64,000 bases of DNA from positions 6,012,862-6,076,861 of the forward strand of contig NC_057749.1 of NCBI RefSeq assembly GCF_004010195.1, given 5' to 3'. A program made the translations under genes and the position numbers. This document shows positions 25,165-36,859 of the stretch, piece after piece. Each line of letters starts with the position of its first letter. Position 1 is the stretch's first letter. This stretch comes from Chiloscyllium plagiosum (lineage: Eukaryota). Under the pieces are notes generated by a model, which was not told the origin of the DNA, ran no database searches, and saw nothing but the letters and a program-made list of their open reading frames with translations.

Positions 25165-25615
25165 GGAGAGGCGTCAGAAGAGATTTACCAGGATGTTGCC
25201 GGGTATTGAAGGTTTGAGTTATAAGGAATGGCTGGATAGGCTGGGACTTATTTCACTGGAGCATAGGAGGTTGAGAGGCGATCTCATAGAAGTTTATAAA
25301 ATAATGAGAGGTATAGATGGAGTTAATGACTGTTGTATTTCTCATGGATGGGGGTTTTCATGACCGGGGGCACATTTTTAAGGTGAAAGAAAAGAGATTT
25401 TAAAAAAGACATAGGAGGTAAAGTTTTTACACAGAGTGTGGGTACAATTACAACATTTAAAAGATATTTGAATAGATACATGAATAGGAAAGGTTTAGAG
25501 TGATATGGGCCAGGAGCAGGCAGTGAGACTGGTTTAGTTTGGGATTATGTTCGGCATGGATTGGTTGGACTGAAGGGGCTGTTTCCATGCTGTATGACTC
25601 TATGACTATGACTCC
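25165..25615 (+). mobile_element. CR1 LINE 3' fragment
   Basis: QRRFTRMLPG..RLRGDLIEVYKIM and (ATGACTCT)-like tail. Confidence 0.8.
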
Positions 25616-25635
25616 ATGTGTGCTAATATTTATTA

Positions 25636-26085
25636 GGCGAAAGTGAGGACTGCAGATGCTGGAGATTAGAGTCAAGTTGGAGTAATGCTGGAAAAGCACA
25701 GCAAGTCAGGCAGCATCCGAGGAGCAGGAAAATCGATATTTCGGGCAAAAGCCCTTCATCAGGAATGTCAATTTTCCTGCTCCTCGGATGCTGCCTGACC
25801 TGCTGTGCTTTTTCAGTGCCACTTTAATCTTGACTCTGATTTCCAGCATCTGCAATCCTCACTTTCACCTAGTTGATTTTAACTTTACTGCGAATCCTCT
25901 TCCAAGGATGCCTACCTTGAAGAAGTTCTCCTCCTCTCTCTACAAGGATCTCAGTGAGTCTCTCTCTCTCACTGCAAGCCCCAGGTCATCTCCTCTGCCA
26001 TTCCTGATAAAACCCATTTGCCCGAAATGTCGATTTTCCTGGTCCTCAGATGTTGCCTGACCTGCTGTGCTTTTCCAGCACCAAT
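25636..26085. mobile_element. Penelope family B: inverted terminal repeat, direct repeat running into a probable ORF start, then a second direct repeat
   Basis: 25636-25762 is the reverse complement of about 25766-25870; MPTLKKFSSSLYKDLSES follows; the repeat restarts at about 26000. Confidence 0.75.
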
Positions 26086-26119
26086 CTAACCTTGCCAATA
26101 TTTCTTGCCTATTTTGTGT

Positions 26120-26625
26120 TCCCCTGGAGATGATGGTGGTGGACCACCTTGAGCTGCTGCCATCGTTAGATGTGGGGAAACCCACAATGTTGTTTGTATT
26201 GATGGATTCCAAGATTTTGACCCAGGGACAGTAAAGGAACAGCAATGTAGTTCCAAATAAGGATGGTGAGTGGTTTGATGGGGAACTTGCAGGTAGTGAT
26301 GCTCCCATGCATCTGTTACCCTTGTCCTTCCAGTTGGTAGGAGACGTGGATTTGGAAGATGCTGTCAAAAAGGAACCTAAGTGAGTTATTACAGTGCATC
26401 TCATGGGTGGTACAAACTACTGCTACTGTGTGTCAATGGTGGAGGAAGTGTTGAAGTTGATTGACTGGGGGGACAGTCAAGTGGGCATCCTTGTCCAGAA
26501 GTTGTTGAGCTTCTTTATCTGCACCTATCCAGGCAGGTGAAGAATATTCTATCACGACACTGACTTATGCCTTGTAGATTGTGGACAGGCATTGTGGAGA
26601 TAGATGGGTTATTCACGGCTGAATT
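26120..26625 (-). mobile_element. Second LINE family (CR1/L2 group) 3' fragment; related copies at 50385-50975 (+) and 58990-59335 (-)
   Basis: Shared AGATGCACTG..., GGGTCAAAATC.TGGAA and CAGCTCA blocks across the three copies. Confidence 0.65.
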
Positions 26626-27515
26626 ACATATAAAATAGGAGCAGGAGTAAGCCATTTGGCCCTTTGAGCATCCTCCATCATTCATTCTGAGCATGGCTAA
26701 TCATCCAACTCCATATCCTATTTTCTCCTCATACTTTTTGGTCCCTTTAGCCCTAAAAACCATATCTAACTACTCCTTGAAAAACAAAAACTTCCTAGCC
26801 TCTGGCCTTCTGTTGTCGCCACAGTATTTACAGAGCTTGTGCATTTCAGTTTCTGATCAATTTATTTATGCTCCGGTATGTTTTCCACCCCCATCCTCGA
26901 CAGTGACTTTCCAGCTATATGGAAAAAGCCATGGGAACACAGATAGGCCATGCAGCCCTTCAAGCCTGTTCCACCACTCGGCCAGGCCATGTCTAATCCA
27001 TAAACACTAACTCCATTAGCTTCTGTAATCCATAACTATGTCATGAGTGCTCTGCTTGGAGACAGGTTCTTGACTCATTATCAGCTGATATGTCATCTTG
27101 AGCTAATTTCTTAGCAGTTTCTTATTCATTCATGAGACGTGGGATTGCTGGCTAGGTCATCGATGGTTTTTCTATTGCCTTCTAAGTTATACTGGACTTA
27201 GTGGGGGTGCTAGATGAGCACACAGTCCCCACGTCTGTCTGAGCTAGAACAGGAATTGAACTAACCTTGTTAGTGTTGTGCTGAACCACAAGCTATCCAA
27301 CCACTTTCCAGCTCCACACCCTTAATGTTCTTCATAAGATCACTACAGTGTAGAAAGAAGCTTTTCAGCCCATTAAGTCCATACTGACCCTCAGAGGAAC
27401 ATCCCACCCAGACCTCCCTGCTACCCTATCCCTATAGCTCTGCATTTGCCATGGCGAATCCGCCTGGCCAGCACATCACTGTGACACTATTGAAAATTTA
27501 GCATGGCTAGTCCTA

Positions 27516-27855
27516 TAGGGAGGCAATGACCTAGTGGTATTATCACTGGACTGTTAATCCGGAGATCCAAGTAATATTCCGGGGACCTGGTTCAAATCCT
27601 GCCACTGCAGATCCTACAATTTGAGTTCAATAGCAAATCTGGAATTAAGAGTCATGAAGCCATTGCTGATTGGCAGAAAACCCCATCTGGTTCACTAATG
27701 TCCATTAAGGAAGGAAACTGCCATCCTTACCTAGTCTGATAGACATGTGACTCCAGATCTGCACTCATGTGGTTGACTCTTAACTCTGGACAATTAAGGA
27801 TGGACACTAAACGATGACCTAGCCAGCAATCCCACGTCTCATGAATGAATAAGAA
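27516..27855 (+). mobile_element. Second tRNA-headed SINE family, inserted in a minus-strand HE1 copy (about 27340-27985); other copies at about 34470-34790(-), 41650-42500(+, split), 46100-46440(-), 47780-48130(-), 49020-49370(-) and 62160-62450(+)
   Basis: TAGTGGTATTATCACTGGAC head, GGTTCAAATCC B box, CCCATCTGGTTCACTAATGTCC core; its ATGAATGAATAA tail resembles the 3' end of the second LINE family. Confidence 0.75.
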
Positions 27856-28254
27856 AAATCTGGAAGTAAGCCAGAGCACCTGGAGGGACAGACACAGGGT
27901 GAATGTGTAACCTCCACACAGACTGTCACTCTCAAGGACACTCAGGTCACTGGTGCTAAGAGACAGATGAACCACATCGATGCCTGAGAAAAGTCTCTTA
28001 ACCTTGCCGTACAAAAATCTCTGTCTCAGTTTTGAAATGTTTCTGTTGTTCCTCACCAGGCTCACCATATTTCCAGGCCAGTTGGGAGCAGGGAAGAGCT
28101 TGAGTTTCAGATTGCTATCCTTTGGAAGTACAGCTTCCTGACATCACCCCTAAACAGCCTCACTGTAAGTTTAAGGCTGTGCCCAGTTTACGCTCCATGT
28201 CAACTGGTAGGACCCTATCTCCAGCTGCTCCACATTCCGACCAATCACACATTG

Positions 28255-28432
28255 GATAAGGGACCTCAATTATCCAGCAGTCGATTATCTGACATTTGGA
28301 TTATCTGGCAAGATGGCAAGGTCCCGATGCTTGGCTAAACTGTGTTATCCGGCATTCGATTATCCGAACATTCGATTATCCAAACAAAATACTCCCTGCT
28401 CGTGTCGCTTGGATAATCAAGATTCCTATGTA
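28255..28432. mobile_element. Probable Tigger/mariner-like MITE with internal CATTCGATTATCC subrepeats
   Basis: acctcaattatcca ... tggataatcaagatt ending in TA; about six ATTATC(C)-like units. Confidence 0.55.
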
Positions 28433-28834
28433 ATGTGGTCCTTATAAAGCAGAGCATCCTCTGCAAACTTAACTTGGGAAACACTGTAGGACGTTAACTG
28501 GTAAAGCAAATAATGGGCCACAAACAGTGATGCATAAATCATGTGTAAGTCAAAATTATCTGCAAATATTCAGGCAAAATCATTGACCTTTGTTTTGAAT
28601 GTAATAAAATGCTAACAGTTTGCGATCTTAATTTTGAACAACAGCGGATACTTTTGAAATCTCAGCCACAGGGCAAGTGCAGGCCCGGTGGGTTTATTTT
28701 GCTTTAAGTCTGTGATGTCATTTCCACCAACAAGAAATCAGCAGGTTACGTGTCAAAGGGGTCGAATTAAGACTTTGCACGACTCCAGCTTTTGTTGGCA
28801 GAGAAAGGTTGACTTATTATTTTTTTTTAAATCA

Positions 28835-29461
28835 CAGGATCACAGGATCCCTACAGTATAAAAGCAGGCCATTCGGCCCATCAAGTTCACGCCAACTGTC
28901 TGCACAGCATCCCACCCAGAACCCCCAGCCTTATCCCCGTAACCCAGCATTTCCCATGGCTAACACGCCTAGTCTGCACAAGCCTGGACTCCATGTGGCA
29001 AGTTAGCATGGCCAATCCACCTAACTTGCATATCTTTGGATTGTGGGAGGAAATCGGAGCAACCGGAAGAAACCTACACAGACACAGGAAGAACATGCAA
29101 ACTTGGTGGCACAGTGGTTAGCACTGCTGCCTGATAGCGCAAGAGACCCGGGTTCAATTCCTGCCTCAGGCAACTGTCTGTGTGGAGTTTGCGCATTCTC
29201 CGGGTGCTCCAGTTTCCTCCCACAGTCCAAACATGTGCAGGCTAAGTGAATTGGCCATGCTAAATTGGCCGTAGTGTTAGATGAAGGGGTAAATATAGGA
29301 GAATGGGTCTGGGTGGGTTGCTCTTCGGAGAGTCGGTGTGGACTTGGTGGGCCAAAGGGCTTGTTTCCACACTAAGTAATCTAACCTAATCCTCAGGCTG
29401 GGATCAAAGTCAAGCCCCTGGTGCCATGAGACAGCAGTGCTAACCACTGAGCCACCGTGCC
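28835..29461. mobile_element. Plus-strand HE1 SINE (29105-29390) nested in a minus-strand HE1 SINE (28835-29104 and 29391-29461)
   Basis: The minus copy's body and head lie on either side of a complete plus copy. Confidence 0.8.
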
Positions 29462-29820
29462 ATAGAGATGTACAGCACGGAACCAGACCCCTCAGCCCAA
29501 CTCGTCCATGCTGACCAGATATCCTAGATTCGTTAAGTCCCATTTGACAGAACTTGGCCCATAACCCTCTAAATCCTTCCTATTCATATGCCCATTCAGG
29601 TGCCTTTTAAATGTTGTTATTGTACCAGCCTCCACCACATCCTCTGGCAGCTCATTCCATACACGCACCACCCTCTGCGTGAAAAAGTTGCCCCTTAGAT
29701 CCCTTTTAAATCTTTCCCCTCCCACCTTAAACCAATGCCCCCTAGCTCTGGACTCACCCACCCCAGGGAAAAGACCTTGTCTATTTACCCTATCCATGTC
29801 CCTCATGATTTTATAAACTT
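29462..29820 (-). mobile_element. CR1/HER1 LINE 3' end
   Basis: ORF 29492-29806 ...RGHWFKVGGERFKRDLRGNFFTQRVVRVWNELPE. Confidence 0.88.
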
Positions 29821-30284
29821 ACCACCTGAAAAAAAATGGATAAATCGGAGGAATGATCATTGTGTTTATTAGGCTCTAAATCTTTCCACTGTGTGATAAA
29901 ATGCAGCTTTGTACCCATGATCTTGGGTACCACGAGTGTCTGAATGCGCTGCAGTAGGAGTGTAGAGTTGCAGATTAAGCATTTGTCCAGTGATTTAAAT
30001 TGAGATGGTGTTTCAGAGACTTTTTAGACTTCTTGTTCGGGCTCTTGGTTGCAAGCGTTGTGTGCTTCAAGGGAACGTATGGGGATAAAACATCTTCAAG
30101 GTAAGTCCAGGCAAAACATGTATAAAAAATATTGGGTGGAATTTTAAAGGATTCCCATAAAGCCATTGTGATACCCATCCCACACCATTGTAGGTTTGCT
30201 CTGCAACTATCTAAGATTCAAGAAATGCAATAAGTGACTCAGGGCAAGGCTTCCACCTTATCCGGTGAAGAACTTTTCAGTGAA

Positions 30285-30512
30285 GGAGTTTGCACATTCT
30301 CCCCGTGTCTGCGTGGGTTTCCTCCGGGTCCTCCGGTTTTCTCCCACAGTCCAAAGATATGCAGGTTAGGTGAATTGGCCATGCTAAATTGCCCATAGTG
30401 TTAAGTGCATTAGTCAGAGGGAAATGGGTCTGGGTGGGTTACTCTTCGGAGGGTTAGTGTGGACTTGTTGGGCTGAAGGTCCTGTTTCCACACTGTAGGG
30501 AATCTAAATCTA
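30285..30512 (+). mobile_element. 5'-truncated HE1-type SINE
   Basis: Starts at GGAGTTTGCACATTCTCC; tail GGGAATCTAAATCTAA. Confidence 0.85.
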
Positions 30513-31264
30513 ATAACTCCAATTAGCTTGACCAGCAGCTCTCCAGTCTCAACAACAGCACCGCCGGGAGAAGTGGCCATCACAGGAACTGCAACAGTCT
30601 CCAACGATGAAGAACTGGGAACTGAGCGAGAGGTGAAAAATGGTGCCCGAGATTGGCAACGTTGTCGTTGGTTGGGTCCAGCGGGGGCAGAAGGGCAATA
30701 TTGACAAGGTGGGCCGCAGCAAGAGGCTCCGACATTGCTGGGTCTGGCTCAGGGAGTGGTGGAAGTGAATCGGCAAAGCAGCAAAAGATAGCGTTTAAGG
30801 ATTGGCGTCATCGACATTAGTTGGGTCTGGCATAGATGGCGGTAGAGAGTTGGTGGCTCTGAGCCAGCGCAGAACCTAAACGTCAATGGAGTTCTCTTTA
30901 AGCAACACCTTTTCACTTTTCTCTTATTCTTAAACTATCAAAATGGCACCACATGGTGGCTTTTCATTGTATTTTAGTGTATTTCTTACAGGAAAACATG
31001 CGTGACAACAAAAATCATTCATTCGTTTAATTTTGAGTGAGGTTCTTGTTGGGGCCGTGAGTTGAGGTCTTGGGGAGAGCTGGCCTGCACAGACCAGAGA
31101 CACAAACAAGGAGGATTGCTGAGCAATGGGAGAGGGTCTCTCTTATGGAAAAGAGCACGACTGAAGGAGGCCCCTTCCCACCAAGACTAAAGCATACTAA
31201 CCTTCCAGGCTTCTCACCCATTGCCAACCTCCAAGCACTCACCTGTTATAAAATTGCAATCATA

Positions 31265-31390
31265 TGAAGGCTTATGCCCGAAACATTGATTCTCCTGCTC
31301 CTCGGATGCTGCCTGTCCTGCTGTGCTTTTCCAGCGCCACCCTTTTTAACTGTGATCTCCAACATCTGCAGTCCTCTCTTTCTTCCTGTA
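31265..31390 (+). mobile_element. Penelope family B terminal-repeat fragment
   Basis: tgaaggcttatgcccgaaacattgattctcctgctcctcggatgctgcc. Confidence 0.75.
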
Positions 31391-33410
31391 GGAAATTAAT
31401 TGTCTATTTGAAGATTATTTTTGGCCAAAGAAATAAAAATCATGGAACATGGGTCTTCCTAGAACTTCCATGCTTTGATGCCCATCCTTAATTGCCCTTC
31501 AGCTGGGTGGCTGTGTAGGCTATTTCAGAGGGAAGTTAAGAATAGACCATGTAGTTGTGGATCTGAGGTCACGAGTGGGTGGGCAACAAGAGAAGCACCA
31601 ATGGAAGCTGACAGGTCTTCTCTCCTGGAAGCCAGCACACAGGGAAGCATAAAACTCAACCCTCTGTGTCAATGTTCCTTTTCCTCAGAACTAAGAGACT
31701 TTGTGATTCTTTTGTGGAAATAGAATGACATGTCTTTACCCTATTTAGCAAGTTGTGCAATGCCTATCAGATCCAATCACTCAACAATATTTACAGATAC
31801 CAGGAGCTGATGAAGCACTAGGTTGGGCAACCTAAGTGACCTTAACCTATTAAGAACATAAGTGAAGGAAGTGAATGAATAGAACTATCACAGGAAGTCT
31901 AGAACATTCTTTAAGCAATAGGTCATTTTCCAAGAATCAAGTGACAGCTGGAAAGATAATTAATGAATCATAGAGTACACCAAACGTCTTATTTTTAACA
32001 ATTGGCTCTATCTCTGAAGATTATGTTCTCCATATCACAACAGTCAGTGGCATTAGCAGTAGATGCATGCACATCTCATTTAACCGTCAGAGGTACAGTC
32101 AAGTACAGTAGAGTGAAGTGTGAAATGTGCGCTATTTAAGTGTACACTATTCTTGACAATGACGGTGATGATTATTGAGTATCCAGAGCTTGCAATGTGT
32201 CACAATGTCCTGGACACATGAGTTAAGTGCAATGGCAAAATATGATATCGATTTTCACTCTGTGGGATACTGGTAGAACATTCTGCAACAGCGATTCACT
32301 GTGCCACAGACAAGAGAGCGTGACAATGCTTCTGTAATGTCTCCTCACTCAGTGAGCTTTCAAGTAGCTTTTGGGCTGGCAAAAGGGGATGTACTGAGCA
32401 TAGCCCGAATCAGTGTTGCCTCTTGTCCCTTAGCCAGTCTAGTGTTGACTTAGGAGAGGATTGGTTAACAAAGAAACAAAGCAATGTCTGATATTGACAA
32501 GCGTTGTAACATGCCCTGAGGCTTTAGAATAGAAAACGTAACTCGTGAACAAATCACCAATGCTGTCAAGGAGTATCAAGTATCATTTTTATGTTGGGAT
32601 TATATTCACTAAAATGTTATGGAGAAAACCCTCTCGAAAGCACACATTATAGAGAATAGGCTCTGAAATAAAAGGTGAGATTAGAATTCACGGTGATCCA
32701 CCTTAAAAGGCCTTGAGCTTAAGACCATAAATCATAGGAGTGGAAGAAGGCCATTCAGTCCATCAAGTCTGATCTGCAATTCAATGAGATTCACAGCTGA
32801 TCTGACAATCTTCAGCTCCACTCTCCTGCCATTTCGTTATATCCTTGATACCCTGACTGATTCAAAATCTGTGTCTCAGCCTTGAATGTACATATAGGAT
32901 TGAAACTATCCACCATGGTTGACATTTATAACAGAGGAGAATAAAAGACTTGAATTTATATTGCATCTTTCAGGAACACTGGAAATTTTTTCAAGCAGAG
33001 AGTGAGGAGCCTGTGGAATTCTCTGCTGCAGGAAGCAGTTGAGGTCAAAACATTAAATGTTTTCAAGAAGGAGTTAGATATTGATTTTAGGATGAATGTG
33101 ATCAAAGAATATGGGAGAAAGTGGAAACAAGGCACTGAGTTTGATGATCAAATGTGATTAAATTGGATGATGGAGCAGGCTCAAAGGGTTGAGCGGCCTA
33201 ATCTTGCTCCGATTTTCAATGTGTTCCGATGTTCCAAAATGCCAACTGCGAATTAAGCTCTTCTGAAGTATAATTACCATGACGATGCAAAAAAAGGGCG
33301 TGGTTAGTACACAGCAAACTCCCACAAAGGGCCATATGGTGATGACCCAAAAATCTATTGATTGAGGGATAAGTAGCATCCGGGCCAACTCCTCTGTACT
33401 TTTGCAAAAG

Positions 33411-33595
33411 TAAAAATCACACAACACCAGGTTATAGTCCAACAGGTTTATTTGGAGGTTGTCTTCACCAACCACCTGATGAAGAAGCAGCATTTCGAAA
33501 GCTAGAACCTCCAAATAAACCTGTTGGACTATAACCTGGTGTTGTGTGATTTTTATATTTTGTTCACCCAGTGCAACACCGGCTCCTCCAAATCA
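33411..33595. mobile_element. Penelope family A cassette with a perfect 50-bp inverted repeat around a hammerhead core
   Basis: 33411-33460 is the exact reverse complement of 33506-33555; CTGATGA...GAAAGCTA at 33476-33504. Confidence 0.85.
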
Positions 33596-33939
33596 GTGCT
33601 TTTTCAAGAAAGGTATCTCATATAAAAGATAGCACCTTTGCAGTGCATCAACCTCCTGATACTACACTTGGAATGTCAACCTTGCTTTGGTGTTCAGGCC
33701 TTGGAATAAGACATGGACACACACCATTTTTGATTCCAAGGTAAGAGCGCCACCTACAGAGCCACTGGACTGTGTGCAGCTGGTTTCTTCACAAGGGAAA
33801 ATATTGTTTCATATTCCAGCAAATAATCAAATGTGAAGTAGATAAGCTTTAATTTGTTAAAGGGACACTGTCTTCACCAAAAGGCTGTTGGCCAACATTT
33901 TCTTTGAATAGGATAGAGTGGGAAGTTGAAGCATAGTTT

Positions 33940-34205
33940 GATGGTGGCACAGTGGCTAGTACTGCTGCCTCACAGTGCCAGAGACCTGGGTTCAATTCAT
34001 GCCTCAGGCAACTGTCTGTGTGGAGTTTGCACATTCTCCCTGTGTCTGTGTGGGTTTCTTCCCACAGTCCAAAAATGTGCAGGTTAGGTGAATTGGCCAA
34101 GCTAAATTGCATGTAGGGGAATGGGTCTGGGTGGGTTGCTCTTTGGAGGGTTGGTGTGGACTTGTTGGGCCGAAGGGCCTATTTCCATACTGAAAGTAAT
34201 CTAAT
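33940..34205 (+). mobile_element. HE1-type SINE, internally deleted
   Basis: Head, core and tail motifs. Confidence 0.85.
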
Positions 34206-35161
34206 AAAATCAATTATTATTAATAATACCATGGCGATGTTGTGAAACACATCACATGCTGCTCTTTTCTTATGAATTGCCATTAGCAAGGAGACCTTTC
34301 TATTGTTACAAGAGGTGACAAAGATCACTATACTGTTGATGAGAGTGTTTGTGCATATTTGTTTGAAAAATCTTGCATTTATATCCTTGAATAAAAGCAA
34401 AATACTGCAGGTACTGGACACCTGAAACAAACAAAGGACAAACCCAGCAGATGTGGCAGCATTGGTGGCTTTCCTTTATTCATTCATGAGATGGGCATGT
34501 CGCTGGCTAGACCAGCATTTATTGCCCCATCCCTAAATACCCCAGAGGGCAGTTATGAGTCACATGCAGACCTGAGCTTCCGTAAAGGACATCAGTGAAC
34601 CAGATGGCCTTTTCCTGACAATCGGCAATGGATTCAGAGTCATCATTAGACACTTCATTCCAGATTTTTTAAATTAAATATCAAATTCCACCATCTGCCA
34701 TGGCAGAATTTGAACCCAGATCCCTAGAATGTGACCTGGGTCTCTGGATTAACAGTCCAGCGACAATACTATGAGGCCATCGCCTCCCCCCTGCACTTAG
34801 TCGAAAGGTCCAATTCTCTCCCATGTGTAAACTTTAATTTGCACACTTTTTTACATTTTTGTTTCCTTTTTGCACCATTAAGAATCCCTTAGTGTGAACA
34901 TCTCTTTTCTTTCTCCCACCAATGACACCATGTCTCTAGCGGCTGACTCTCTGCAATCCCATCTAAACTCACTCTCTTTCAACGTTTAAACTGCTCCTTC
35001 GAAACAACCTTTTTGACCATCTGCCCCAGAATCTCCTTAAGTAACCCAGTGTCCCCTCTCGTTTGCTAATACTCTTGAAGTGTTTCACGTGTGACTATAT
35101 GCAAGTTTTGACAGCACCGTGGAATGTGAAATTGACAAATGTAAGGGAAAGAGGACAATTT

Positions 35162-35447
35162 GGGGCGGCACGGTGGCTCAGTGGCTAGCACTGCTGCCTC
35201 ACAGCTGCAGGGTCCCTGGTTCAATTCCTGCCTCGGGCGACTGTCTGTGTGGAGTTTGCACGTTCTCCCTGTGTATGCGTGGGTTTCCTCCCACAGTCCA
35301 AAGATGTGCAGGTCAGGTGAAATGGCCATGCTAAATTGCCCATAGTGTTAGGTGCATTAGTCAGAGGGAAATGGGTTACTCTTCAGAGGGTCAGTGTGGA
35401 CTGTTTGGCCCATAGGGCCTGTTTCCACACTGTAGGGAATCTAATCA
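35162..35447 (+). mobile_element. HE1-type SINE about 250 bp upstream of the HCN exon
   Basis: GGGGCGGCACGGTGGCTCAGTGG head to GGGAATCTAATC tail. Confidence 0.88.
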
Positions 35448-35667
35448 AAAGGAAAAACTTCAGGAAAACGAATGGTTAAAATATATCCCTCGTTCCTCTT
35501 AAAGCTGCTGTAGCATTGCAGGAAGGATGGGATTTCCAGAATAGAACATAACGTGCTCCTTCTCAACTTCCTCTCAAATGAAATGTCGGCATGCAGATTG
35601 TTCACATTTAGTTTGGCCACTGCTGAACTCACTTTGCAAATCTGTGCCGATGGGTTTCCTTGCTGCC

Positions 35668-35693
35668 CTCTAACGGTTTGTTCTCTTTCGCAG
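35668..35693 (+). promoter_or_regulatory. Branch point, polypyrimidine tract and 3' splice site of the HCN exon
   Basis: CTCTAAC at 35668-35674, then ggtttgttctctttcgcag. Confidence 0.75.
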
Positions 35694-35912
35694 GATGAAA
35701 CCTGGTCGAAGCAGTACACCTACGCTCTGTTCAAGGCAATGAGCCACATGCTGTGCATCGGGTATGGAAAGCAGGCACCTATTGGCATGTCTGATGTCTG
35801 GTTGACCATGCTCAGCATGATAGTGGGCGCCACCTGCTATGCCATGTTCATCGGCCATGCCACGGCACTCATCCAGTCATTGGACTCATCTCGGAGGCAG
35901 TATCAAGAGAAG
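35694..35912 (+). CDS. HCN4: Internal coding exon of an HCN (hyperpolarization-activated cyclic nucleotide-gated) channel: pore helix, GYG filter, S6, C-linker start; equivalent to exon 4 of mammalian HCN genes; HCN4-like
   Basis: Translates as [73 protein letters not shown]. Acceptor ttctctttcgcag| and donor AAG|gtaagg; 219 bp, phase 0-0. The HCN family call is secure. The paralog call rests only on [13 protein letters not shown] matching HCN4 best, so it is less certain. Confidence 0.93.
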
Positions 35913-36859
35913 GTAAGGGCCCTCTACCTTCATTCGCATCCAATGTGGTAACCTCCTGTCTACAGAAATCACGATGGCACTAACGCTGGATGGCTGAGAG
36001 CCGCTGGTGCCTGAAACTAATGCTATCAGTTTTATTAGAAACAAATTCTTTATTCAGGAACCTGCAATATTGTACTGAATAATAGATACCCGAGAGTGAA
36101 TACAAGACTGTAATCTAATCGAGGGTTCCATTCTTGTCGTAAACTGTGAGAATATTCAGGTGTCACCTGAACTCAGAGATTGTATTGCTCTTTTTAAATC
36201 GCTCCAAGTTATTTGTGTTGAACACAACGCTATTAATTCAATAGAAGCATGCAGTCATCTAACTGTGGATGAAGTTTTTAGTGTTCTACATTGTTGATCT
36301 ATGGTGGCAGTTATCTGAAGGGTTAATGATTACAGTGCAGCATTACTTAGAAATGATATTCAACAAGAACATGGCTGCTATCTATGTGCATAAAGCCATT
36401 ATTTTCAGTAAGCCTAAAATCAGGGAATGAAGAAATGTACTTACTGTGTTGAAATCTGCACTATTAACGTTAGTACTTCTATCAGGAACCACCAAACTTG
36501 CATTTGTTTAATATCGTAAATGATTAAGGAAGGGTAAAGTGAGACAAAAGTTGAATGGATGTCATACAAAGAAGCAAACTTGGTAGAGCTGACCAACAAT
36601 GTTGTCAAAGAGACGCATTTTTTGGAAAAATTGCGATGGAACAAGAATGGGAAGTCCAGAAAGGGACTGAGAACTGAGGCAGCTGAAGGCTGGGCTGGTT
36701 AAAGGAAGCATGAGGTGATTTGGCTCATGAGGATCTTGAGATGATGTGGGGTGGAAACCATGGGGTGTGAGGAGGTAAAGCCAACAAGCAAGGCAGTGGG
36801 CAGGTGAGGCTGAGGTGATGCAGTGGAGGGATCACTTAGTAGAGAAAAAATGTATGATT

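Noticed and set aside
28255..28432. Short spaced repeats here and at 5991-6094 as a CRISPR-like array
   Set aside because: Vertebrate context, irregular units, no unique spacers of constant length and no cas genes.
35108..35128. Possible RE1/NRSE site (CAGCACCGTGGAATG), of interest because HCN genes are REST targets
   Set aside because: The right half lacks GGACAG; similar half matches occur inside the SINE heads.
35553..35951. 132-aa ORF as a complete gene
   Set aside because: Only 35694-35912 is HCN-like and it is bounded by canonical splice sites; the rest is intronic read-through.
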